NCBI GenBank assembly: GCA_016933575.1
Contig: JAFGAR010000064.1
Coordinates: forward strand, 64,001 to 128,000
Length of the DNA stretch: 64,000 nt
Origin: Candidatus Thorarchaeota archaeon
GTDB taxonomy: Archaea; Asgardarchaeota; Thorarchaeia; Thorarchaeales; Thorarchaeaceae
Direction of reading: 5' to 3'
This document shows positions 18,981 to 28,200 of the stretch, piece by piece. The notes below the pieces were generated by a model that made no database searches, had not been told where the DNA came from, and saw nothing but the letters and a program-made list of their open reading frames with translations. Position 1 is the first letter of the stretch. Each line of letters begins with the position of its first letter. Position numbers and translations under genes: made by a program.

Positions 18981-20411
18981 CTAATTCGCGGAACGTGTCA
19001 CAGGCTCTATTGTGTTTTCATTTTTTTTTGCAATTTTGATTACATTCACCAGTGCTTTGCTAGCTCTTTGGGGATTGGAATAGAACGGAATACCTGCAGC
19101 CTCAAGAATTTCATAACCCGGTGGTTTATTCTGCTCTGGTGATGAGAGGATACTTACTATTGGTTTTGAGACCTTGCTGGATGCTTGGACTATTTTTTCA
19201 ATTGGAATGCCTCCCCCAATACCCTCTTGATAATTCGGAGCAAAGACAATCATGACAGAATCATAGCGATCATCATTTAGTATAATATCGAATGCTCTTC
19301 CAAAGATGTCTGGATTTGCCCATCCTTGAGCTAGTAGATCCACAGGATTCTTGATAGGTATCTCAATAGGCATGTTGAGTAGAGATTGAATCGATTTTGC
19401 CGCTTCTCTCGAGGGGGGTGGCAGAATAGCACCATCTAGCTCCAGAGTCTGCGCAGCAATCAAGGCAATTCCAAGCGTATGAGTGACAATCGCAACGCTG
19501 TCACCTTTTGGTCTATGAGGACAAACCGAGAGTAGATGTGCTGTGTCGATCATCTCTGACACACCTGCAACCTCAATCGCTCCAGATTGTTTTATTGCAC
19601 CACTATAGATCTCCGAGTTGCCTGCAAGACTTCCAGTATGACTCAACGCAGCATCTCTCGATGCAGGGGTCTTGCCCACCTTGAATACAATTACTGGTTT
19701 CATTGGAGTTGTTTTTGAGATCTCATCTTTCATTTCACGTCCATATTCAGTACCTTCGACAAACAGACAGATAACATCAGTTTGCGAATCATCTCGTAGA
19801 TATCGAATCATATCATGAAAATCGATATTCACTCTATTCCCGACACTGGCGAACTTTGATACTCCAAGTCCTCTATCAGATGCTTGGTACAACATCAGTC
19901 CTGTAACTCCACCACTTTGACTCACCATTGCTACAGAGCCTGCTTTCATGGGAACTGGATGTGGGAAAAAAGTCGCATTGAGATTCAATCTTGGGTTTCC
20001 AGCTCCCAGACAATTCGGACCAATCACTGCAATCCGTGCTTTATCTGCTAGTTCCTTTACCCGTCTCTGATGTTCAACACCCATTCCACCAAGTTCTTTG
20101 AACCCGGCTGAAAAGATGATAGCTCCCCGAACTTTACCTTCTGCACAATCCTCTAAGGCTGATAGCATTTGTTGCGGACCTACCGCAATCATTGCGAGAT
20201 CGACAGGACTCTCAATAGATGTCACGGTTGGATAACATCGAACTCCTTGAATTGAATCCAGTCGGGGATTGACGGGGAAGACATTCTTTTCAAAAGATTT
20301 CAAAGCAAGTAATGTCAATGCTCCAAGTTTGTCAGGTTTATTGGAAGCCCCAATGACAGCTATGGACTGTGGGTTGAAGAGCCTTTCAAGGGATTCATTT
20401 TTCCAGCTCAT
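18981..20411 (-). CDS. acdA: ADP-forming acyl-CoA synthetase alpha subunit (AcdA-like)
   Basis: PQSIAVIGAS, VIGPNCLG, VSQSGG, SVGN, ALSHTGSLAG (phospho-His), NPVDL; no ATP-grasp beta domain. Confidence 0.9.
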   Translation of the reverse strand: MSWKNESLERLFNPQSIAVIGASNKPDKLGALTLLALKSFEKNVFPVNPRLDSIQGVRCYPTVTSIESPVDLAMIAVGPQQMLSALEDCAEGKVRGAIIFSAGFKELGGMGVEHQRRVKELADKARIAVIGPNCLGAGNPRLNLNATFFPHPVPMKAGSVAMVSQSGGVTGLMLYQASDRGLGVSKFASVGNRVNIDFHDMIRYLRDDSQTDVICLFVEGTEYGREMKDEISKTTPMKPVIVFKVGKTPASRDAALSHTGSLAGNSEIYSGAIKQSGAIEVAGVSEMIDTAHLLSVCPHRPKGDSVAIVTHTLGIALIAAQTLELDGAILPPPSREAAKSIQSLLNMPIEIPIKNPVDLLAQGWANPDIFGRAFDIILNDDRYDSVMIVFAPNYQEGIGGGIPIEKIVQASSKVSKPIVSILSSPEQNKPPGYEILEAAGIPFYSNPQRASKALVNVIKIAKKNENTIEPVTRSAN

Positions 20412-20423
20412 TATTCTATCTCC

Positions 20424-21329
20424 TCAGCTGTATTTTTTGAGAAGTGTCTTTATTGTCTTAAGAATAAATTCGGATACTTCTTCTCTCGCTTTCTCGTAGC
20501 TCTCCATCTTAATAATTGGAATCTCATTTTCTAGAGCCCGATTGACCAGATAATCTTGGATTAGTCTTGTTGAATTAAATTCCTGCTCCCTGATTTCCTT
20601 GTCTGATGTGACAGTTCTTAGTTTTCCAGAAGCGTGTTTTTCAAAGAACATTGCTCTATGTGTATTAACGCTCGGATTAACGAGTACCTCAAGTATTCCA
20701 TCACTTAGTGAATTCAAAGATCCTGGTTGAATATGAACACCCTCAACAACGACCTGAGTTCCTTCACTCAGAACTCGTTGAATGAGGTCATCAATGAAGG
20801 GTTTCATCAGGTCTATTTGAGCTAGGTATCCTCTGACCACAGGATGGAGATATTGGTCACCCAGTTGTTTGTATCTGTATGCTTGATATGTATGACAAAA
20901 GATCTCTGGAGCTTGCTTTTCTTGATAGACTCCGCGAACCAATTGTCGAACTGTATCAGTACTAATGAATCGGGTAGCTGTAAGGTCTTGAATCAATTCA
21001 ATCGCTAAGAGTGATTTTCCTGTGGCTGAAGCACCTTCCAATACGAGGACCAATGGTGGTATTGATTCATCCTCCCCCCTTAGTTGTTCATACTGCATTA
21101 GTAAATCGTAATTCTGTTTTACTGAATCAGGATAGTTGGAAAGTGAACTTCTTATCGACTCTATTAGTTGATTTTCAGTCAACGTTTCAGAATTTGCAGG
21201 GTCAGGCATGGTTGATGAGATGATATCCGATATCTCATGAAGATCTAGACCACTGAGCCTAAGTTTTCCCCTCTGAATTGAAATTGGATATGGTATTGAA
21301 TTGTCTTGGAATCTTAGTTTCATCTTCAT
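20424..21329 (-). CDS. 2-phosphoglycerate kinase-like P-loop kinase
   Basis: LEGASATGKS, ISTDTVRQ, HTYQAY, VVEGVHI, IQDYL resemble the archaeal 2PGK family. Confidence 0.75.
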   Translation of the reverse strand: MKMKLRFQDNSIPYPISIQRGKLRLSGLDLHEISDIISSTMPDPANSETLTENQLIESIRSSLSNYPDSVKQNYDLLMQYEQLRGEDESIPPLVLVLEGASATGKSLLAIELIQDLTATRFISTDTVRQLVRGVYQEKQAPEIFCHTYQAYRYKQLGDQYLHPVVRGYLAQIDLMKPFIDDLIQRVLSEGTQVVVEGVHIQPGSLNSLSDGILEVLVNPSVNTHRAMFFEKHASGKLRTVTSDKEIREQEFNSTRLIQDYLVNRALENEIPIIKMESYEKAREEVSEFILKTIKTLLKKYS

Positions 21330-21361
21330 AACCTAGCAGATAATCCATTGTCTGTTCCAAC

Positions 21362-21901
21362 TCAAAAGGACTTCCGTGAGCAATATCCTCTTGCTTCTCT
21401 ACCCTTTGTTCCTTCCAATGTTCTGGTTGTTACTGGGCGAGTCTTGCTCTTTCTTTGTCTACCCATGAATGGTCTGCTCATGTCTATGGAATCCATTGAT
21501 GTTTCTATTTCTTCATCGGATGGAGTAATTCTTCCCCTCCTTCCTTTCGAAAGAATCATACATTCATCATGCATACTAATGAATCCCTCCGATAGAACGT
21601 ATGAGTGATCCGGTTCAACAAGTTCGATGTCATCATTCCAAAGAGTTAGTTTGATTCTTGCAGTAGAATCTCCGACTATACACTCACAGATTTTATACTC
21701 CGTACCTGTTGATTTTGATCTTACAATCCTAATGAGGCTTTTCTCAATGACTTTGAAAAGAATATTGATACATGTCATTCGTGGTTCTAGATGAACAATC
21801 TCGGTTGAGTTAAATGAACTAGCAGGATTTGAATTATCTGTAATATGAGTCATGATAAGGTGCGCATCCAAAGATGTGTCCATTCTCACACTAAAGAACA
21901 C
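21362..21901 (-). CDS. Single OB-fold ssDNA-binding protein (SSB/RPA-like) with basic tail; true start may be downstream
   Basis: INILFKVIEK, ECIVGDSTARIKLTLWND, Arg/Lys-rich C-terminus. Confidence 0.8.
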   Translation of the reverse strand: MFFSVRMDTSLDAHLIMTHITDNSNPASSFNSTEIVHLEPRMTCINILFKVIEKSLIRIVRSKSTGTEYKICECIVGDSTARIKLTLWNDDIELVEPDHSYVLSEGFISMHDECMILSKGRRGRITPSDEEIETSMDSIDMSRPFMGRQRKSKTRPVTTRTLEGTKGREARGYCSRKSF

Positions 21902-21913
21902 CTATCTAGTTAC

Positions 21914-23011
21914 TCAACTATGAATCTCTCTCAATGCTTGTTTGAGCATATCTAATCCCTTGACAAGTTCTTCGTGTTCTCCACCGAAACCAATTCGTAG
22001 ATGTCCATCCAGCTCCATATGAGACCCCGGAACAGTGAATGTACGGTATTTAGTTACGAGCAATTGACATAACTCATCCGTACTACCTCTTCTTCTGAGT
22101 CTGGGAGCTCCAACGACGCCACTCTTTGGTTCAATCCATTCTAACCAATCTTGATTATCCATCCACTCTTTTAGAACGACAAAATTTGCCATCATAGCCT
22201 CTCTTCTCTCTTTGAGCAGAGTCTCTCTCTTTTCTAAAACTGCCTTAGCAATAGCCTCTCCTATTGAAGAATTGCAGATTGTCACTTGTTCACGAACAGC
22301 TCTTACTGCCTGTATTATTGGAGTGTCCGCAACCACCCATCCAATACGGATGCCTGGAAGTCCCCATGTCTTTGACATGCTGGTCAGGCTGATAGCATTA
22401 GAACTCATTGTTGCAGCTAAGGGTGGTGGTGTTTCGAACATCATTTCACGATAGGTTTCATCCACCATAAGATATGCCCCAACATCTTCTGCAATCTCAA
22501 TAGCTTCTTTCAATTCCTTCTCTGTTATCACAGATCCTGTTGGATTATTGGGGTGAGTAAGTGTAATGAGTTTTGTATTAGGTCTGACGAGTCTACGTAA
22601 CTCATCCATATCTGGTCTGAAGTCATTATCCCATTTCAATTTGAACAGTGAAAGATTTCTATTTAGAGACCTTGGAATCTGGTATAATGAGGGATAGGTC
22701 GGATGTTCGACAATAATGTGGTCATTCGGTCCCACTAGGTGGCCTATCACTGAGAAATTGCCTTCGCTTGCCCCTGTAGTCACTGCAACATTTTCGAAGT
22801 CTAAGCTCCTGTAGCCCTTTGCAATCTCTGCTCTAAGTTCTGGATTTCCTAGGTGGTAACCGTATCTCAGCTCAATCTCGTTAAGGTCAATACCCAAGTC
22901 TTTGACTGAGAGATATTTCATTCCACTCTCACCGATATCGTAGTCGACCTCAAACTGATACTTGTCAAACCATATCTCCAAAGGCATTCGTTCGAAGACC
23001 AAAAATGTCAC
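21914..23011 (-). CDS. PLP-dependent aminotransferase class I/II
   Basis: DIGES, TTGASEG, HPNNPTG, VDETY, SMSKTWGLPGIRIGW; start estimated at GTG 23011. Confidence 0.92.
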   Translation of the reverse strand: MTFLVFERMPLEIWFDKYQFEVDYDIGESGMKYLSVKDLGIDLNEIELRYGYHLGNPELRAEIAKGYRSLDFENVAVTTGASEGNFSVIGHLVGPNDHIIVEHPTYPSLYQIPRSLNRNLSLFKLKWDNDFRPDMDELRRLVRPNTKLITLTHPNNPTGSVITEKELKEAIEIAEDVGAYLMVDETYREMMFETPPPLAATMSSNAISLTSMSKTWGLPGIRIGWVVADTPIIQAVRAVREQVTICNSSIGEAIAKAVLEKRETLLKERREAMMANFVVLKEWMDNQDWLEWIEPKSGVVGAPRLRRRGSTDELCQLLVTKYRTFTVPGSHMELDGHLRIGFGGEHEELVKGLDMLKQALREIHS

Positions 23012-23143
23012 CAGCCTCTGTTTTAACCAACGATAATATATAGATTCGCGAATGTTCATATTTGCTAAGTAATAGCAATCCATACTATTGATAAGGTGCG
23101 GAAGCAGATACCATACATACTAATCAATAATGAGGAATCATCT

Positions 23144-23557
23144 ATGACTCTACGAATTCTAATCGTGGATGACGAACCCGCAATCCACGAGGTTATGGAG
23201 GCATATTTGAGGAAGTTTCTAGATGATTTTGAGTTGATCTCGGCTGCAAACGGGTTTGAAGCAGTTTTGCGTGCAAAGGACTGTATGAAAAAGGGACGCA
23301 CTCCAGATTTTGTTCTTATGGATATGAAGATGCCTGAAATGAACGGTTTCGAATGTACAAAGACTCTAACAGAACTTGGTATTTCTAATATCCATCTGTT
23401 AACAGCCTATTTTGATGGAGAATCGTTGAAACAAGCAGCAGAAGTGGGTGCAAAGGGTGTCCTGAAAAAGAGTGATGGATTCGCATCAGTAGCCAAGAAA
23501 GTCGCTGAATTACTGCGTGGTTCCAAGGAACCTACTCCACAACCTAGTTCTGTATAA
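23144..23557 (+). CDS. Stand-alone response regulator receiver (CheY-like)
   Basis: ILIVDDE, LMDMKMPEMNG, LLTA, LKK. Confidence 0.93.
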   Translation: MTLRILIVDDEPAIHEVMEAYLRKFLDDFELISAANGFEAVLRAKDCMKKGRTPDFVLMDMKMPEMNGFECTKTLTELGISNIHLLTAYFDGESLKQAAEVGAKGVLKKSDGFASVAKKVAELLRGSKEPTPQPSSV

Positions 23558-23577
23558 ATCATCAAAACCCTTTTCAA

Positions 23578-25221
23578 TTGAGACTTATAGAATTGCACTC
23601 CAATCTATTCCTGCTGGAGATGAAATTGAAAATGCGTCGCTCACCATCAAAGATTCTATTCTTTGGTATCATGACGGTATTTATCGTGGCTTTGCTTGGT
23701 AGTTATACGGTAACTACTACAACTGCACAACTACCGTCTTTTCCTGATGACTTTTTGCATGATGATACACTCTATGTGTATACTGCCTTGGATGGCGAAA
23801 ATGTCCTTGAAGCTAATTCACAATCTGCACCAATCGTACTCAATACAGAGAGTCCTATGTTGCTGACTCTGCAAATAAACGTGTCAAGTACACATGACCT
23901 GAATATGAGTGGTACGATTGTATTTTACTATCAGGGGATACCAATCTTCCCGATAGTGATAGTCGAACCCGGAACAAATTCTTCATGGATTTGGGTGCCT
24001 CATGATGTGGCCATACCTGTTGTAGAGGCTTACATCGACTTCAGCTCAATTCTAAATTATGGTCCATTGCAACTCATCACGGGCATTATCCAGGCTGCGA
24101 TCGATTTCAATTATTATGTTGAGGGAGATGCAACTCTTCACACACTCCAAAGTGACTCGTTTTATTTTAGCATTCCTGCCACACCGACCTCTGTATTCAC
24201 ATCTGTAACGGGTATCAGTGCATCCATTGCAACCGTTGGAGCTGTTGTTGGTGTAGGAAATGGCTTCATGAGTCTCTTTGAAGGTCTAAAAACTGCTTAC
24301 AAACTCAGAGGAATTCACAAGAAAGCCTCTGAGATTAGATCACTGCCAAATCTCACTGTTATTGGTGCATTGCCCCTCCTCTTCTCTATGCTTGCAGGAA
24401 TGATGAAAATTGGAAAGAAGAAAGATGTGAAGATAGAAGAATCCCGAGAGGATGGAAGTGTAAGCGAGTATATAATCCGGCAGAGACTACGCGAAGTAGC
24501 GCCTGATGCATGGCCAGTTGATAAGTGTCCAAAGTGTAAGAAAGATTGGAATAAAAAATTGGACATGTGTAAGAAATGTAATTTCACACAGACAGATGCA
24601 CGTGAATACTATTCTGATTTACTTGTTTCAAAAGTTCCTAGTGCCTTAAAGGTCATGGGGAAGAAGAAATCATCTGATATCCGAACCTTGGCAAAGAAGA
24701 CCAAATCTACAGACTATAACGCTGGAGTTATTGCAGCCGCAATGGTTGACACTGGGGTGACTGAGATAGTAAAAGTTGGTACTCCATTCAGATCCTTTGT
24801 CATGAATATTGCAGGTCTAGCTTTCCTCGTTGTCACATGGCAACAACTCCTTGGTGACAGTGCAAGTACCTTCCAGACAACAATTACAATTGTCGGAGCG
24901 GCAATGTCCCTTGGAGTAATAATTGCACTCTATGTGAGTCGCAAGACGCAAATTCAGAAATTCCAGAGTGACATGGATGCAGGTAAGAAATGGATGCCAA
25001 CAGAGGAAGAAGCGAAAGCAGAAGCAGTCGCTGAAGAATCGCAATCAGAATCCTCTGAAGAATCAGAATCTGCCTCTGGAGAGGATATTCGTGACTCAGC
25101 TCCTGATGATGCAAGGTCTCCTGAAAGTTCAATAGAAGAAGAACCTGAACATGAAACTGTGTCTCATTCAGATGAAGTCGATGAGAATCTGGACTCATTT
25201 GAAGAAGATGGTGAAGATTGA
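23578..25221 (+). CDS. Membrane protein with signal peptide, extracellular domain, Zn ribbon, possible wHTH and acidic tail (start probably ATG 23620 or 23632)
   Basis: N-terminal hydrophobic signal, TM segments, CPKC-x10-CKKC, Glu/Ser-rich C-terminus. Confidence 0.8.
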   Translation: MRLIELHSNLFLLEMKLKMRRSPSKILFFGIMTVFIVALLGSYTVTTTTAQLPSFPDDFLHDDTLYVYTALDGENVLEANSQSAPIVLNTESPMLLTLQINVSSTHDLNMSGTIVFYYQGIPIFPIVIVEPGTNSSWIWVPHDVAIPVVEAYIDFSSILNYGPLQLITGIIQAAIDFNYYVEGDATLHTLQSDSFYFSIPATPTSVFTSVTGISASIATVGAVVGVGNGFMSLFEGLKTAYKLRGIHKKASEIRSLPNLTVIGALPLLFSMLAGMMKIGKKKDVKIEESREDGSVSEYIIRQRLREVAPDAWPVDKCPKCKKDWNKKLDMCKKCNFTQTDAREYYSDLLVSKVPSALKVMGKKKSSDIRTLAKKTKSTDYNAGVIAAAMVDTGVTEIVKVGTPFRSFVMNIAGLAFLVVTWQQLLGDSASTFQTTITIVGAAMSLGVIIALYVSRKTQIQKFQSDMDAGKKWMPTEEEAKAEAVAEESQSESSEESESASGEDIRDSAPDDARSPESSIEEEPEHETVSHSDEVDENLDSFEEDGED

Positions 25222-25225
25222 ACAT

Positions 25226-25279
25226 AAAAAAAAGGTGAGCTGGGTGGTATGAAAACCACCCTCTTCCACCTTTAATTTT
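25226..25279. terminator. Bidirectional hairpin terminator between convergent genes
   Basis: A-tract, AAAGGTG/GGGTGGT...ACCACCC/CACCTTT inverted repeat, then T-rich sequence. Confidence 0.7.
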
Positions 25280-25295
25280 CATCTAAATCGATAGT

Positions 25296-28200
25296 CTAAT
25301 CACTGCTAGTTTTTGTATCTTCTTCAGAGTCGTCTTTTGATTCGTCAAGACTCTCAACATCTTCTGTTGGAGATTCGGGGATGGAATCGATAGACTCTTT
25401 CACAAATGGTTCTGATTCTGCTTTGATAGTTGGATTTGAAGCACGATCGATGACTTGTACTATCTTTGATGAGATGAACGGTATCACAACCAAGAAAGCT
25501 ATTGGCATGAGTACAATCACACCTAGCTCGTAACTCTGAAGGAAGTCCATGGTTGTAACTGCTGCAGCACCAACTACTACAAGAAACATTAGGAACTTGA
25601 TTCTGATTGATGAACTGAATCTACTTACCAACGTATCTCTTTCATCCTGAATGATGCTTGTTGGAGTATCTGCATCTTTCATCTTCTCAATCCTCTTCAA
25701 TCCCTTACTTACCTCTCTATAGAGATTTACCACAACTACCAAGATTGAAGAAAGATATGCCGTAAAGATTGTCGTCATGATTGTTGGTATAGAAATCTCA
25801 CCTATCGTGAATGCTTGATCTATCATGTAAGCCTTAAACCAATCAATCTCTGTACCATAAGTCAGTATCATAACTATGACAACAGGAACGAAGAATAGAT
25901 GTCCAAGACCGGCTATCATGCGTTTCTTACTGAGCGCACCTGTTACCATGACTGCAGATACAGCATCTCTATAGAGCCAGAGTCCGTAGAGCAGAACAGA
26001 TGCACCAAGCAACGCAACAGTTAGAATCAATGCACCACCATAGTCTCCAACTGCATAAAGTTGAGTCGATACGATAAACCCTGCTATACTTGCTAATATG
26101 ATTAAGATATAGAGTCTATCCATTCGTTTGACTGCTCTCTTCAGTTCTTCTTTGCTGGAGTATGTTCTCCTGAGCGTAGGTGCTAGTCTGAAGTAAATGA
26201 ACATACCCAACAGACTTACAATAAATGAAATTCCTGTAAAGGTGAATATGGTTGGAGTATCCATGACCCCGATCTCAGGTTCTGCAACAGATAGATAGAA
26301 CGAGGTTGCCATCTCTTTAGATTGAACAAATTGACCTTCAACTTCTATCGAAATATTCTTCGTCCCGTATCCTTCAGTTATCGGAAGATGCTCGATGAAG
26401 AGTATATAGAGCCCCATCTGATCTGATTCTTCAGCTATCATCGTTGGCATGCCCATTGTTGTAACAAAGACATCCAACCCTGGAACTGGATTGCCATATG
26501 CATCGACTATTGTGATGCCAATCAGGAGCGATTCTCCTTGAGAGGGTTGCTCTGGATTGAAGTCCACAAAGAATTCCAATACACCCAGAATGGTGATATT
26601 TCCGCTGATTGCGTTTCCACTCTTGATATCTTCGTGACTGACAGAAACCGAGTAGCCATATTCACCGGGTGCCCATCCAGTTGTTGACATGTTGACTGCG
26701 TATACACCTTGGCCAATCTCCATCAAATTGTACGAGAGGGCCTTCACAAAGAATTGAACAGTTGCCCCTGATACCGGCCGTCCAATCCAATCTTCAAGTG
26801 TCAATTCAAGACGTGTTCTCTCACCCTGCAGAATTGTCCACCCTTCTGATGAGGTTATCGAGGCAGAAGCTGCAGCATCAGAATATGCTCGTATCTTGAA
26901 GGTTCCAGACCAAGGATTAGCAAATGTTGCATTGACATAGATTGTAAAGTTATTCTCGCCCATTAGGAAATCCGCTTGAACCGTCAGGGCATAGTCAGGA
27001 TCACCTGTTGTATCAATCTGAGTGTATAGAGTTCCATTGATATCGATCGTGACACTCGTTCCAATGAATACAGGTCCGTACTTGTCCTTCACAAAGATGT
27101 TAATAGTAAACCATGAGCCGCCTTCGACTCTGGTTTCATAGAACACATTAGGTTGAAGATTGCCATAGACATCAAAACTAATCTCTGTGGCAGGAGGTCC
27201 AATAACATCCGGCTTATTCACACTGAGTTCGAAAGTCTGGTTACCAATTCCAAGGCTTATTGTATGAAGGAACCTGTAGCTGCCGGGACTTGTCGGACTC
27301 TCAATCATACCATATACCTGTGGACCACTCCTTAATGTGACATCAGCTCCGGCAATCACATGACCATATGCATCTGAGATATTGAACCACGCTCCAACAA
27401 CCGAATCCTGTTGGACGATAGCTGGGAAATCTGTTGAAATCACCAAGTTCTCTGTTAACACTTGTACTGTGAAGACTTTCCCTCTGACGCCTTCAGCTAA
27501 TGCATAGGCATGATTTGCTCTACCCACAGCAATATGATTTCCTGCTTCAAGTTGAACCTCAGGAATTTCCAAGATATGTGCTTGACCTGATACTATCGTT
27601 CCCAAAACAACACTATCAATGGAAATAGTCACAGTAGCATCATCTACAACCCCACCAAGATTATCAAAGATTATTGCGCGGAATGATGTATTTACTCCCT
27701 GTTGGACTATGTCTGGGACTTGCAAATCAACATGCAAATTACTTCTCACAACAAGTGCATTTTCATATGAATGGTGGAATAAGTGATAGAATCCATTGTC
27801 TACAGTAATCGTCAAATTGATTGTACCTATTGGCCAAGTCACGTCAGTCAACGCTGAGTATTTGCCTTCAGCTGCCCAGTAATAGAACCCGAAGGTATTA
27901 TCCCCAGCTCCCTCAGGTGTCATGTAGTGAGCTGTCATATAGATACTTGCGTCATCTACGATATCTCCATGGATATCCAATACAGTGACATTCACAGAGA
28001 AACTCTCTCCCTGAACTAAATCTGTTGAGGAATATGACAGTGATACGTCAAGAAGATAACTACTATCGAGATTTCTGACTGCTCCAAGAATCATACTATT
28101 GATTGAAGCGAATGGATATGCAGCAATCTCCGCTCCAGGAACTACATCAATATTTCCAATGACCAGAGGATTACGCACCTCGCCCACCTTGACAGTCCAC

